64,000 nucleotides of DNA from Syntrophales bacterium (GCA_963665615.2 CAXXQE010000001.1:575151-639150); one strand, 5' to 3'; positions 1 through 10,387 are shown, numbered from the stretch's first letter. Translations and numbers: made by a program. The notes: generated by a model not told the origin, from the letters alone.

Positions 1-1666
1 CGCGATTTCCAATCGATGCGGCAAACTGTCGCAGCGCCGTTTCCTCCGGTTCCCGCATGAAGGATAGCCTCGACAGATCCAGGTGATGATATACCAGATA
101 CCTGATCTTCTCGATTTCGGCGTCGTTGAAGCCCAAGCGTTCGCAGATCGTTTCGACCATGCCGGCGCCTGTCTGTGAATGTTCTCCGGGTTGACCCTTG
201 CCGATATCGTGCAAGAGCAGGGCCGTTCTGAGGATCAGGGGATGCTCCAGGGCGCGGCGGTTGGCGCGTATGGTGGGGTTCGGATCCTGTGTCAGTTCGT
301 CAGTGTGCTTGACGGCCAGCAGGATATGCTGATCGATCGTAAACTCGTGGTAAGAGTCATATTCTACCTTGCACGTCAGGGCCTGGAACGGTGAAATCAG
401 TTTTTCGAGGATGCCCGTTTCGTGCATCATTTGAAGGATGGCGCCGACGGGCTCCTGCCAGGCCAGCATCTCGCGAAAGATTTGCCCTGTCTCGGGAAGC
501 GCGAAGTCGTGCGGCGTCAGGCCGGTGGACAGACGTTGAATACGGTTGCGCAGCTCGACGCTCAACGTGGCTTTGTGCCTCAGGGCGCTCTGGAAGAGCT
601 TCATAACCCAGAGGGGCTCGGCGCCTTGTTCTATTTTTTTGTGCGTGCTGAAGACAATGCCGTCCAGAACGGTGAGGCCAGTGGCAATCGGGTAGGCGCT
701 GATACGCCGCCGGACGCTGCGCCAGATATTTTTACCTGCCAGGTCTTTTTCGAGGAAAGACAGAATGTGAAGCCGGATATCGCTGACCGTCCGGAAAAAC
801 TGCTCCATCAGGCGGCCGGCGCCATCAGGGCCGAAACCATACTGCTCGGCAATGCCCGGCTGCAGGTCGATCTCCAGGATGTCCATCCGGCGTTTACACA
901 GCAGGTGTAACTCGATCCGCAATGCGGTGAGAAAGGCATAGTCGGCTGCGAGGGAATGCAGATGCGGCGGGGCAATCTGAGCGAGGCGATGGAGGCCGTG
1001 AGCGCGAAAATCTCCTTTTCTGACCCGCTCCGCCCAAACCAGCCGCTGGCAGTCACGCAGGGTGCAGATGCCGTTTTTGAGATCTGGCTCCACGCGAAAG
1101 AGGGTGTTGGCTGAAGAGAAGATCCCGTCTCTCAGGATCTCGCACATGCCGGCGATATATGCTGTTCTCTTCTTAAGAAAATACGGAACGATCAGCTCGA
1201 ACCGGAGCCGTTCAAAGAGGGTGCGGTTGCCGGCAATATAGGTGCATTCCAGCAGGGCCGTATCCGTGGCCATGTCCTGTCCCAGGATAGCGGCACATTG
1301 TTCGAGGGTGCGTACGACGCAGCCCATCGTCAGCCCTGTATCCCAGAATTTTCTGACGGCCGCGGCGATCTGTTCCATGTCCTGGCCTGCGTCGTGAAGA
1401 ACCAGAATGTCGATGTCGGAGTATGGACAGAGTTCCCTTCGCCCGTAGCCTCCCAGGGCGATCAGGCAGGCGTGCTCCCGCCCGAGGTTCTCGTCGTAAA
1501 AGATGGCGCTCAGCAACTCGTCAATCCAGCGGCTGTATGCGTGCAGGACGGCAAGCGGGTCTGTCCGCCTTTCGGCTGCGGCAAAGATGCTGTCGCGCTG
1601 TTCCAGGATGGTCGCTTTCCGGGTCGCGGCTGGCGGTGGCCTGCGGGATGTCGCTTTGTCTGGCAT
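1..1666 (-). CDS. glnD: [Protein-PII] uridylyltransferase/uridylyl-removing enzyme (3' end runs off the window)
   Basis: Translated by hand from ATG at 1666 (absent from the ORF track because it has no stop in the window). Shows the NTase motif ALGGYGRRELCPYSDIDIL, YHEFTIDQH and HD motif LLHDIGKG; lies downstream of glnK. Confidence 0.9.
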   Translation of the reverse strand, partial: MPDKATSRRPPPAATRKATILEQRDSIFAAAERRTDPLAVLHAYSRWIDELLSAIFYDENLGREHACLIALGGYGRRELCPYSDIDILVLHDAGQDMEQIAAAVRKFWDTGLTMGCVVRTLEQCAAILGQDMATDTALLECTYIAGNRTLFERLRFELIVPYFLKKRTAYIAGMCEILRDGIFSSANTLFRVEPDLKNGICTLRDCQRLVWAERVRKGDFRAHGLHRLAQIAPPHLHSLAADYAFLTALRIELHLLCKRRMDILEIDLQPGIAEQYGFGPDGAGRLMEQFFRTVSDIRLHILSFLEKDLAGKNIWRSVRRRISAYPIATGLTVLDGIVFSTHKKIEQGAEPLWVMKLFQSALRHKATLSVELRNRIQRLSTGLTPHDFALPETGQIFREMLAWQEPVGAILQMMHETGILEKLISPFQALTCKVEYDSYHEFTIDQHILLAVKHTDELTQDPNPTIRANRRALEHPLILRTALLLHDIGKGQPGEHSQTGAGMVETICERLGFNDAEIEKIRYLVYHHLDLSRLSFMREPEETALRQFAASIGNR

Positions 1667-1681
1667 GGTCGGATAGATTGT

Positions 1682-1729
1682 GCGGTTTCCTGATCTCTTT
1701 TCACTCATTCATAGAGATCAGGAAACCGC
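1682..1729. terminator. 17-bp perfect inverted repeat between glnK and glnD
   Basis: GCGGTTTCCTGATCTCT (1682-1698) / AGAGATCAGGAAACCGC (1713-1729); no U-tract on the coding strand. Confidence 0.55.
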
Positions 1730-1743
1730 TTTGGGGGATTTTG

Positions 1744-2091
1744 TTAAAGGGCTTCAGAGCCTCTTTCGCGCGTCCGGATCCGCATCACGTCTTCAAGCGG
1801 CAGCACGAAGATCTTGCCGTCTCCGATCTTGCCCTCCGGTCCCGATCTGGCCGCATCGGCGATGGCCTGAATGGTCTGCTCGACAAATTCGTCATCGACG
1901 GCGATCTCGAGTTTGACCTTGCGGATGAAGTTGATTTGATATTCATGACCACGATAGGTCTCCGTGTGACCCTTCTGGCGTCCGACGCCCTGAACATCCG
2001 ATACGGTCAGCCGGAAGAGTTCGATATGGCTCAGGGCTTCTTTGACGGTCTCCAATCGGGTGGGCTGTATAATGGCGATTATGTATTTCAT
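1744..2091 (-). CDS. glnK: P-II nitrogen regulatory protein
   Basis: T-loop GRQKGHTETYRGHEY and GKIGDGKIFV; adjacent to amtB; GGAGG RBS before ATG 2091. Confidence 0.93.
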   Translation of the reverse strand: MKYIIAIIQPTRLETVKEALSHIELFRLTVSDVQGVGRQKGHTETYRGHEYQINFIRKVKLEIAVDDEFVEQTIQAIADAARSGPEGKIGDGKIFVLPLEDVMRIRTRERGSEAL

Positions 2092-2124
2092 GGAACCTCC
2101 TTCTTTCTCTCTGTGCGCAGTCAA

Positions 2125-3366
2125 TTAGATCGAGCGGATGTCCCGTTCCGGATAGGCGCTGATGTTGTGAATACTGAGATCCGCGCCGCGGATCTCTTCA
2201 TCTTCGGTCAAACGAATGCCCACTGTTTTCTTTAATCCCAGATATACCAGTGTTCCACAGAGAAGTGCAACAACGATGGCGGCGCCGGAACCGATCAGCT
2301 GGGCGCTCAGGGACACCCCCCCGGTTCCTCCCAGGAAGGACTGGCCGAATATGCCTGTGGCAATGCCCCCCCAGGTTCCAGCTACGCCGTGCAGGGGCCA
2401 GACGCCGAGGACATCGTCGATTTTCAACTTTTCTGTTTCGCAGGCAAAGCCGAAGATGAAAATGACCGCGGCCAGTCCGCCGATGAAGAAGGCGCCAAAG
2501 GGATGAACCACATCGGAGCCCGAGCAGATGGCGATGAGTCCGGCCAGGGCGCCGTTGTGAATGAAACCGGGGTCGTTCTTCGAAAACACAAGGGCAAAAA
2601 GCACACCGCCAACCATGGCGAAGAGCGAGTTGACAGCCACCAGTCCGCTGATGCCGTTGATATCCTGTGCACTCATCACATTGAAGCCGAACCAGCCGAC
2701 AGCCAGAATCCAACTGCCCAGCGACAGAAAGGGAATGCTGGAAATGGGGATGCCGAGGCTGATGCCGTTGGACCATCGTCCGATACGCTGCCCCAGGATC
2801 AAGATGGCCGGCAACGCAAGCCAGCCGCCCATTGAATGGACCACCACGGAGCCTGCGTAATCGTGGAACTTCGCGCCAGTCGTCAGTTGGAGCCAATCCT
2901 GGAAGAAGGCGTGCTGACCCCAGATGATCGATTCAAAAAGAGGATAGCAGAGGCCGGAGAGGATAGCGCCTGCGAAGACCTGGGGCCAGAACTTGGCCCG
3001 CTCGGCAATCCCGCCCGAGATAATGGCCGGGATGCAGGCGGCGAAGGTCGTCAGAAAGAAACAGTGCACCAGATCGAAGCCCCGGGCTCCCACGACGATC
3101 TTGCCGTTGAACAGATTGGCAAGGCTTCCCGCATCCATCCAGAAGTTGATGCCGTAGGCGATCGGAAATCCGACAAGAAAATAGACAATGGTTGAAACGG
3201 ACCAGTCCGAGAGTATCTTGACCATGGCGTTGACCTGATTTTTCTTTCGGACCGTGCCAACCTCAAGAAATGCAAATCCTGCGTGCATGGCAAAAATCAT
3301 TACGGCGCCAAGCATGAGGAAAAGGGTATTGCTTGAGAATTGTAGGTTCTGCAAAGCTGCGTTCAT
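2125..3366 (-). CDS. amtB: Ammonium transporter (Amt family)
   Basis: GFAFLEVG, DYAGSVVVHSMGG, GWFGFN, IDDVLGVWPLHG; AGGAGG RBS before ATG 3366. Confidence 0.93.
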   Translation of the reverse strand: MNAALQNLQFSSNTLFLMLGAVMIFAMHAGFAFLEVGTVRKKNQVNAMVKILSDWSVSTIVYFLVGFPIAYGINFWMDAGSLANLFNGKIVVGARGFDLVHCFFLTTFAACIPAIISGGIAERAKFWPQVFAGAILSGLCYPLFESIIWGQHAFFQDWLQLTTGAKFHDYAGSVVVHSMGGWLALPAILILGQRIGRWSNGISLGIPISSIPFLSLGSWILAVGWFGFNVMSAQDINGISGLVAVNSLFAMVGGVLFALVFSKNDPGFIHNGALAGLIAICSGSDVVHPFGAFFIGGLAAVIFIFGFACETEKLKIDDVLGVWPLHGVAGTWGGIATGIFGQSFLGGTGGVSLSAQLIGSGAAIVVALLCGTLVYLGLKKTVGIRLTEDEEIRGADLSIHNISAYPERDIRSI

Positions 3367-3431
3367 GAACCCTCCTATCGATTTTTTTATCTCTTGGTAT
3401 CCATTTCGCATGGATTATTGATATTGATAAA

Positions 3432-3447
3432 CGCAAAAGGCATGCCT
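3432..3447 (-). promoter_or_regulatory. sigma54 (-24/-12) promoter of amtB-glnK-glnD
   Basis: Minus strand AGGCATGCCTTTTGCG = GG-N10-GC, about 65 nt upstream of amtB. Confidence 0.75.
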
Positions 3448-3680
3448 CGCAGAGAATTGTCACATTTAGTTTGCGGGTAATTATAAAAGTATAATTATTA
3501 CAATGTGATGAATACGGCTATGTCCATTTGTTGGCGCCGGAATCGCTTCAAAGTTGGTTCTGTTTGTGTATACATATATGTCGTTAGTTATTAATGTGGG
3601 GACAATTATGTAGCTTGTTGTCTGCTGCCATAATGGCGTCAGGCTCATTAGGGGCCGCATACGAGTCTGGAGGAGGGAAT

Positions 3681-4115
3681 ATGATGAAGGCTATTGTCAT
3701 TGCAAAGAGGGATGTGCTCGGTTGCCGGATCGTCGATTGCATGAGCCGCTGCGACGAGATGGAATTGATTGGATCGGTCTCAAAACCGGCCGATGTTTCA
3801 GAACAGACCGCTCAGGCAAGCCAGGAGGGTTTCTTGCCCGCCAGTCAGGCCGACGTCATCTTCTGTTTTTCCGACAATGGGACCATGCTCGAAAACATCC
3901 GGATGGCGGCCCAACGCAATATTCCGATCATTGCCGGTACGACCGGTTTGTCTGAGTCCGAGATGGGGTCGATCAAACGGTTGGCCAATCAAACGCGATG
4001 CGTGCTCGTTCCTGTCGTGGGCGGCAATGAGCATGTCGTTGCGGGGGCGATCCGTGCGGCTAGGTGGGTCATCGGGCAGCGAAATGGACTATACGATATG
4101 CAGGATGTCGTCTAG
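3681..4115 (+). CDS. DapB-like protein reduced to the nucleotide-binding domain plus C-terminal helix (144 aa)
   Basis: DVIFCFS, IIAGTTGL and GAIRAARWV...GLYDMQDV are DapB-like; the catalytic-domain motif (EAHHxxKxDAPSGTA) is absent; strong GGAGGAGG RBS. Confidence 0.65.
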   Translation: MMKAIVIAKRDVLGCRIVDCMSRCDEMELIGSVSKPADVSEQTAQASQEGFLPASQADVIFCFSDNGTMLENIRMAAQRNIPIIAGTTGLSESEMGSIKRLANQTRCVLVPVVGGNEHVVAGAIRAARWVIGQRNGLYDMQDVV

Positions 4116-4119
4116 TAAT

Positions 4120-4218
4120 CTGTCTAAAAAGGCTCATATACTGGGTTGCGCCTCGGCCCTCACCGACAATGACTTCGGAACAAGTGCGGCGCATTGTTTT
4201 TGAGCCTTTGTTAAACAG
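4120..4218. mobile_element. Degenerate MITE-like element
   Basis: Imperfect TIRs CTGTCTAAAAAGGCTCA / TGAGCCTTTGTTAAACAG, related to the ends of 15531-15698. Confidence 0.45.
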
Positions 4219-4299
4219 CCTGCATGGCTTGGTTTTGGACGACTTTCACTCGAACTTAAGTCATGAAGGTAATCCGGTCGAACGATCGTCGAGGGCGCA

Positions 4300-5745
4300 T
4301 TAGCGGCCGGCGTGTCCGACCAGCGCGACCAGTTCCTCCGTGTAGGTCTCCATGGCCCGGGCCTGCTCGTTCAGAGAGTCCGCCAGGGCTGACGACTCGC
4401 TGGCTTGCGCTGCATTCCCCTGAACGACCTTGTCCAGTTCCTGGACGGTGTCGCTGACCTGATGGATGCCTTCCGAGTGTTCTTTTGTTGCGGCGGCGAT
4501 GTCGGCGATCATCTGTAAAATCTTTTCAACCTTGTCAGAGACATCCCGGAAGGCTTCGTTTGTCCGTCCAACCAGTTCGGTGCCGCCCTCAACGCGCTTC
4601 AGCGTGTCGTCAATCATTTCTGCGGTGTGTCTGGCTGCTTCAGAAGCGCGCAGGGCCAGGTTTCGCACCTCATCCGCTACAACCGCGAACCCCGCACCAG
4701 CCTCGCCTGCTCGCGCCGCTTCGACAGCAGCGTTCAGGGCCAACAGGTTCGTTTGAAAGGCGATTTCGTCGATAGTTTTGATGATCTTGGACGTTTCACT
4801 ACTGGATGCTGAGATTTTCTGCATCGCCGTATTCAATTCATTCATGGAGCGATCAGCCTCTTTAACAACGCGGTTTGTATCCATTGCCATTGTGTTGGCC
4901 ATGTTAGCAGTCTCTGCGTTTTGCTCGGTTGAAGAGGCCATTTCGGTCATTGCGGAGGCCGTCTGCTCAAGGCCTGAGGCTTGACGCAATGCGTTGTCAG
5001 CCATCATTCGACTGGCTTCGGCTATCTGAACAGATGCGGAAGCCAGTTGCTGTGAGTGTTCGGTCATGCCGTCTGCCGCTTTTTTTAATGGTGAGGTAAT
5101 CCGGCGGGAGATGAAGAAACTGATGCCAACGGCCATTGCTATACCAATGAGGGTTAATCCGACAAGAGCCATCAAGATCATTCTGGAATAACCGCCTATC
5201 GTTGTCTCAAGTGCCGCCATTCTCTTTTTGCCGTTTTCCGACAGACCGTTCGAGATCGTGTCGAGATTCCGTATGGCCCCTTGGGAGCCCGTCATGGCCG
5301 CTTCGGCTTCCTGCGGAGCCTTTACCTTTCCACTCTGAATATCCTGATAGACATTGCCAAAGACGGACTGGTAGGTTCCCATTTCCAGACGCATGGTCTT
5401 CAGAGCGTCCTTGTCTTGGATTGAGGTTGTTACCTTGTTGAGGTTGTCTAGCGCTGCGAGGAACTTCTGGTTCTGATCGGTCCACAGTTGATAATCTTCC
5501 TGAACCGCACCGGTTCCGATCTTAAGGAAAAGATCTTTTTCATACTGTCTCATGCCCTGAATATGCTGTACAGCATAGGCCGATTGTAGAGCGATCGCCG
5601 CATCGCCGTCCAGCGCTTCCCTGTAGACCTTTCCCATTATCAATGATCCCATATATCCGACGGTGCCGCCAACGACGAGTGAGAAAACCATTGTGCCGAA
5701 GCCGAAAAAGAGAAGTGTGCCGATTTTCAGGGATCTTATGTTCAT
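4300..5745 (-). CDS. Methyl-accepting chemotaxis protein
   Basis: Two TM segments, periplasmic helical domain, signalling motif [37 protein letters not shown]. Confidence 0.95.
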   Translation of the reverse strand: MNIRSLKIGTLLFFGFGTMVFSLVVGGTVGYMGSLIMGKVYREALDGDAAIALQSAYAVQHIQGMRQYEKDLFLKIGTGAVQEDYQLWTDQNQKFLAALDNLNKVTTSIQDKDALKTMRLEMGTYQSVFGNVYQDIQSGKVKAPQEAEAAMTGSQGAIRNLDTISNGLSENGKKRMAALETTIGGYSRMILMALVGLTLIGIAMAVGISFFISRRITSPLKKAADGMTEHSQQLASASVQIAEASRMMADNALRQASGLEQTASAMTEMASSTEQNAETANMANTMAMDTNRVVKEADRSMNELNTAMQKISASSSETSKIIKTIDEIAFQTNLLALNAAVEAARAGEAGAGFAVVADEVRNLALRASEAARHTAEMIDDTLKRVEGGTELVGRTNEAFRDVSDKVEKILQMIADIAAATKEHSEGIHQVSDTVQELDKVVQGNAAQASESSALADSLNEQARAMETYTEELVALVGHAGR

Positions 5746-5797
5746 AAAAATTCTCCTTAACGAGTTTCATCTCATTGTGCAACACATGTTACATTTC

Positions 5798-5824
5798 TTA
5801 TCGGAACGGATGGGCGAAACTTGA
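5798..5824 (-). promoter_or_regulatory. sigma28 (FliA)-type promoter of the MCP gene
   Basis: Minus strand TCAA-N15-TCCGATAA versus consensus TAAA-N15-GCCGATAA. Confidence 0.65.
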
Positions 5825-5913
5825 GGACGACGGATCACGAAAGAATGGATTTTGTATCGGTGGATTGAATCCTTAGGGATCGGAGATTCTTCGAAGGTGC
5901 TTTCAGGAAATCT

Positions 5914-6810
5914 TTAATTTTTCCAGCGTGTTCGGCGCATGTCCAGAAAGGCGATCAGGGCAATGCCCGACAGGATGAGCATCATCCCGGCTATCTCGCT
6001 CAGGGTGGGTCTCTCACCGAGTTGGATGGCGGCCGCCAGAACGCCAATCACCGGTGTCGCCAGAGTCCCCATTGTGGCAGCGCCTGTGGGCAGAACTTGC
6101 AGGCAGTAAAACCACAAAAGACCGGCAACGGCCGTTGCCAGAAAAACGTTATAGACAAGCGCCTCGACGAGATACGGGTTCCATGCAATCGGCGCAGAAG
6201 GCAGCATACCGGCGGTGATTCCGATCGGAATGGCGCCGAGGACCATCTGCCAGGCCGTAACGGCCAGCAGGTCGAAATTTCTTTTTCTGCTGAGGATTTT
6301 GAGCGTGATCGAGCCGCCTCCCCACATCAGACCGGACAGGACAGCCAGCAAGGAATTGCGTAGGTCGAGTTGCACGCACCACGGGGCCAGGATGAGGGTG
6401 AGTCCGCTCAGCGCGGCGCCGACGGCCAACCATTGCATCCCGCGGATCCGTTCCGACAGGATAGGCCACCCAATCAGCATGGCCCAGAAGGGCATCGTAT
6501 AGACCAGAATGGCGGTTTTTCCTGCGTCGCCGTTTTGCAGGGCCCAGGTGGACACGCCGGTTCCGCCGGTCGTCGCCAGAAAACCTGTCAGGATCAAGAG
6601 GCCCGCATTGCCGGGAAAAAGACGCCTGCGCTTCCAGATGAGGACGGCTAGCAGAACTATTGCGCCGAGCGAAAGACGGAGGGTCGAGAACGTGAAAGGA
6701 TCGCAAAAACGCAGGGCTCCTTTCATGACAACCCAATTGTAACCCCAGATCAGGGAAATGGCGGCAAGGGCGAGAAAGGCCCTGCGGTGGGCGATGATTG
6801 GTTCAGTCAT
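5914..6810 (-). CDS. EamA/DMT family transporter
   Basis: About 10 hydrophobic segments, IWGYNW, LVYTMPFW, LGERP. Confidence 0.9.
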   Translation of the reverse strand: MTEPIIAHRRAFLALAAISLIWGYNWVVMKGALRFCDPFTFSTLRLSLGAIVLLAVLIWKRRRLFPGNAGLLILTGFLATTGGTGVSTWALQNGDAGKTAILVYTMPFWAMLIGWPILSERIRGMQWLAVGAALSGLTLILAPWCVQLDLRNSLLAVLSGLMWGGGSITLKILSRKRNFDLLAVTAWQMVLGAIPIGITAGMLPSAPIAWNPYLVEALVYNVFLATAVAGLLWFYCLQVLPTGAATMGTLATPVIGVLAAAIQLGERPTLSEIAGMMLILSGIALIAFLDMRRTRWKN

Positions 6811-6887
6811 ATCAACAGTACGGAAGTGCCTTCGGAAATTGGCTGGACCTTATGACAGTTTTCCGGATAGCGCAACCGGTATTTCGC

Positions 6888-8252
6888 TTAATGACTGACA
6901 TACTGATCGAAGTATGACATCAGCTGCCTGTGCAAGCCGATACCTTCCTGCTTGGCGCGTGCCGCCTGATCGTAGGCGTGTTGGAGGCGATTGGCTACCC
7001 AGGAACCCCAGTAGGCGCGGGCCTCCGGTGCAAATCGTCCCAGTTGTTCGATTTCGTAACCAGGAAATATCTTGCTGAAGTATTCCGGTAGTTTCTCCCT
7101 TTCGGCCTCCGCCTCCGCCTGCGGGTCGATCCGATAGGGGTTGCGTCCCAGGATCTCGAAGACCCAATGTTCGAAGCGATCCCGATCCGGCGTGCCGTCG
7201 TCTCTCGTCAACAGCACGTACCTGGGATCGACCGTATCGGGATTCTTGATAAAACGCACCTTCTTGGTCTCGTCGAGATAGCAGTATAGACGATCGGGCG
7301 ATTGCGACGCGAAATCGGCTGAGGCATAGGCTGGCATCGATCCCAGTTTGGACAGGATTTCGCCGGGGATACAGAAGTTAAGATTCTGTCCGCCGACCAG
7401 CTGCATAAAGGCGACCCCGATGACCTCCCCGCGCATGTTCACGACGGGGCTACCGCTGGAACCGGGAGAAATCGGCGCCGTGATCTGGATCATGCGCCGT
7501 CCGTCTCGGCCTTCGCGAAGCGCTGAGACGATCCCGTCCGAGACGGTCTGCTCCAGGCCCATCGGATTGCCGATCACAACAATTTTTTCACCCACCTGGG
7601 GCGAGGTATGGCTGAGTTTCAGCGGCCTGACTTCTGTGCTCGGCGTGCCGGTGGAGACCATGACCAGATCGTTGGTCCGGTCTTCGGCGATCACGTTATT
7701 GACGGGATAGGTCTTGCCCGATGCGGTCTTGACTTCGGAGAAGACGGAGCCTCTCAGTGCGTGGTAGTTGGTAATGACGTAGCCCGCGGCGTTGATGAAA
7801 AAGCCGCTCGCCCGCCCGATGGGTTCCCGCTGGGCGTTGTAAACGATGATCGAGACAACCGAAGGCCCGATCCGACCGGCTATGCTTGAGACCGTTTGCG
7901 GGGCATCGTCGTCTTCCGGTGTCTGGACATTGGAATAGGCGTTTTTCGTTGTATCGGTGGTGAAAGCGCTTTTCTGAATTCCCATGTTGTATCGGGAGGT
8001 GACATAGAGCGTTGCGAGCATTGCAACGACAGCCGTCATGGCGATCATCAGGTAAGGTCTTCGATAGGATGGTCCGCGTGAGGGTTGTTCGGAGGGCGTT
8101 GTGAATTCCTGCGCACACCCGGGTTTTAGTTCCGGACGGGTTGCGTCCTCATCGTAAGAGGTAAAGCACCTGGGGCAGGCATTCGGGGAGGCATTGCTGA
8201 ATTCGTCGTCCAGTGCCTGGCGCACGTAGCCGCATTTCGGACATTTTTTCAT
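6888..8252 (-). CDS. Membrane-anchored trypsin-like (S1) serine protease with N-terminal Zn ribbon
   Basis: CPKC...CPRC, TM helix, catalytic triad motifs TNYH / DLV / ISPGSSGSP; no PDZ domain recognised. Confidence 0.85.
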   Translation of the reverse strand: MKKCPKCGYVRQALDDEFSNASPNACPRCFTSYDEDATRPELKPGCAQEFTTPSEQPSRGPSYRRPYLMIAMTAVVAMLATLYVTSRYNMGIQKSAFTTDTTKNAYSNVQTPEDDDAPQTVSSIAGRIGPSVVSIIVYNAQREPIGRASGFFINAAGYVITNYHALRGSVFSEVKTASGKTYPVNNVIAEDRTNDLVMVSTGTPSTEVRPLKLSHTSPQVGEKIVVIGNPMGLEQTVSDGIVSALREGRDGRRMIQITAPISPGSSGSPVVNMRGEVIGVAFMQLVGGQNLNFCIPGEILSKLGSMPAYASADFASQSPDRLYCYLDETKKVRFIKNPDTVDPRYVLLTRDDGTPDRDRFEHWVFEILGRNPYRIDPQAEAEAEREKLPEYFSKIFPGYEIEQLGRFAPEARAYWGSWVANRLQHAYDQAARAKQEGIGLHRQLMSYFDQYVSH

Positions 8253-8266
8253 ACGTAGCGTGTTCC

Positions 8267-9790
8267 TTAATATGATCTGTCCAGACCCCGGTACTGGATA
8301 GCCTCCGAGACGTGATGCGATTGAATGGCCTCGACACCTTCCAGATCGGCAATCGTGCGTGCGATCTTGAGCACCTTGGTGACGGCCCGTCCGCTGAAGC
8401 CCAGTTTGTCCATCGCCATTTCAATAAGACGCCGGGAGTCGTTGTCAAGGGCGCAGTAACTCTTGATTTGCCGGTTGCTCATGGTGGCGTTGTGACGGAT
8501 GTCCCGTCCGAAGCGCCTCTTCTGGATCTGGCGGACCCGGTTGACACGCGCCTTGACGGTGGCGGAATCCTCCTGGGCCGTTGCGGCGCCGAACTGGGCG
8601 TATCGAATCGCCGGCACCTCGACGTGGATATCGATGCGATCGAGCAGGGGGCCGGAGATCCGGCTGCGATAGCGGTGGATCTGAACAGGCGAACAGCGAC
8701 AGCTGCGCTGCGTATCGCCCAGATGCCCACATGGGCAGGGGTTCATGGCGGCGACGAGCATGACGGCGGCAGGGTAGGTCGTGGTGATCCCTGATCGCGT
8801 GATCGTTACGCTGCCGCTTTCGAGGGGCTGGCGCAGGACCTCGAGGGCGTTTTTCTTGAATTCCGGAAGCTCATCGAGAAAGAGCACGCCGCGATGGGCG
8901 AGGCTGATTTCGCCTGGGCGCGGCGTGGCACCGCCGCCGGCCAACCCCACATCGGAGATCGTATGGTGGGGACTCCGGAAGGGGCGTGTTGCAATGACGG
9001 CCTCTTGCCGTCCGAGCAGACCGGCGACGGAAAAGACCTTTGTGATTTCTATAGCTTCCTCGAAGGACAGATCGGGGAGGATGGTCGGGAGTCGTTGGGC
9101 CAGCATGGTTTTCCCGGAACCTGGCGGCCCGATCATAAGGAGATTATGAGATCCTGCGGCGGCAATCTCCAGGGCGCGCTTTGCCTGCTGCTGACCTTGT
9201 ATTTCGCTGAGATCGATTTCGTATTGGCGGCTTCGATCGAAGAGCGTCGCCGTGTCTGCATCGGTTCGTACAATGTCCTTTCTTCCGCCGAGGAATTCGA
9301 CGACATCGGAGAGTGTCTCGGCGGCGATGACCTCTATGTCCGACACCATGGCGGCTTCGGCTGCGTTGTCACGGGACAGAATGATGCCTTTCTGACGGGT
9401 CTGGCGGGTGAACAGGGCGGAAGGCAGGCAGCCGTGCACGCCTTTGATCGTGCCGTCCAATGACAGTTCTCCGATGAAGAGATACTGTTGAAGTGTATCG
9501 CGCGGGACCAACTCCTGGGCGGCCAGAATACCGATCGCGATCGGCAGATCAAAGGCCGTGCCTTCCTTACGAATATCGGCGGGGGCGAGGTTGACGGTTA
9601 CGCGGTTGGCAGGGAATTCGTAGCCGGAATTGTTGATGGCGGCGCGGATCCGGTCTTTGCTTTCCTTGACCGACATGTCCGGGAGTCCAACGGTGGAGAA
9701 TTGAGGAAGGCCGGAGGAGACATCAACCTCTACCTCGACGCCGTGCGAGTCAATGCCGATGACGGCGCTGCTCAGGACTTTAACAATCAT
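8267..9790 (-). CDS. comM: YifB/ComM family Mg-chelatase-like AAA+ ATPase
   Basis: VGLPD..VKESKDR, GPPGSGKT, RPFRSPHH, FLDELPEF, SGPLLDRID. Confidence 0.92.
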   Translation of the reverse strand: MIVKVLSSAVIGIDSHGVEVEVDVSSGLPQFSTVGLPDMSVKESKDRIRAAINNSGYEFPANRVTVNLAPADIRKEGTAFDLPIAIGILAAQELVPRDTLQQYLFIGELSLDGTIKGVHGCLPSALFTRQTRQKGIILSRDNAAEAAMVSDIEVIAAETLSDVVEFLGGRKDIVRTDADTATLFDRSRQYEIDLSEIQGQQQAKRALEIAAAGSHNLLMIGPPGSGKTMLAQRLPTILPDLSFEEAIEITKVFSVAGLLGRQEAVIATRPFRSPHHTISDVGLAGGGATPRPGEISLAHRGVLFLDELPEFKKNALEVLRQPLESGSVTITRSGITTTYPAAVMLVAAMNPCPCGHLGDTQRSCRCSPVQIHRYRSRISGPLLDRIDIHVEVPAIRYAQFGAATAQEDSATVKARVNRVRQIQKRRFGRDIRHNATMSNRQIKSYCALDNDSRRLIEMAMDKLGFSGRAVTKVLKIARTIADLEGVEAIQSHHVSEAIQYRGLDRSY

Positions 9791-9862
9791 GGGGCTTCTC
9801 CAAGACGCATGGGAAGGTTTCATGCGATTGTATAAAAGCCCTAGATATTTGCAAGAAAAATC

Positions 9863-10387
9863 TTACGCTATTTTTACCAAAGTATCTCTATATTGAGTTG
9901 TCAACGTCTGATATATCTCAAGGCCATTCCTTACGGATTGCTCGAAGGAAGCCGGGACATCCTTTATGATCTTCGCAGGGTTGCCGGCAACCAGCTTGTT
10001 GGCCGGGATATGCATGCCGCCCGGTACGACCGATCCGGCTGCGACCAGGACTTTCTCTTCGCAGATGACGTCTTGCAGGAGAATTGCGCCCATCCCGATC
10101 ATGCAATAGGGGTGAATGTGGACGTCGTGAAGAACGACGCTGTGGGCGATCAGGACATTGGCCTCGATAACAGCCTGCGCGCCGGGATTGACATGAATGA
10201 CGGCGTTGTCCTGAATATTGGAACCGTCGCCGATGACGACGGGCCCCAGATCAGCGCGAATGACCACTCCCGGCGCGATGAGGCAGCGGCTGCCGATCGT
10301 GACATCGCCGATGACGACGGCATCGGGGTGAATGAAGGCATCGGCGGCGATGACGGGCCGCTTGCCCGCGAGTTCATAGATAGCCAT
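9863..10387 (-). CDS. Gamma carbonic anhydrase family (hexapeptide repeat) protein
   Basis: AVVIGDVTIG, NIQDNAVIH, AHSVVLH, GNPAK. Confidence 0.88.
   Translation of the reverse strand: MAIYELAGKRPVIAADAFIHPDAVVIGDVTIGSRCLIAPGVVIRADLGPVVIGDGSNIQDNAVIHVNPGAQAVIEANVLIAHSVVLHDVHIHPYCMIGMGAILLQDVICEEKVLVAAGSVVPGGMHIPANKLVAGNPAKIIKDVPASFEQSVRNGLEIYQTLTTQYRDTLVKIA

Noticed and set aside
179..1916. Several plus-strand ORFs at the window start
   Set aside because: They overlap the minus-strand glnD/glnK frames, which carry clear conserved motifs
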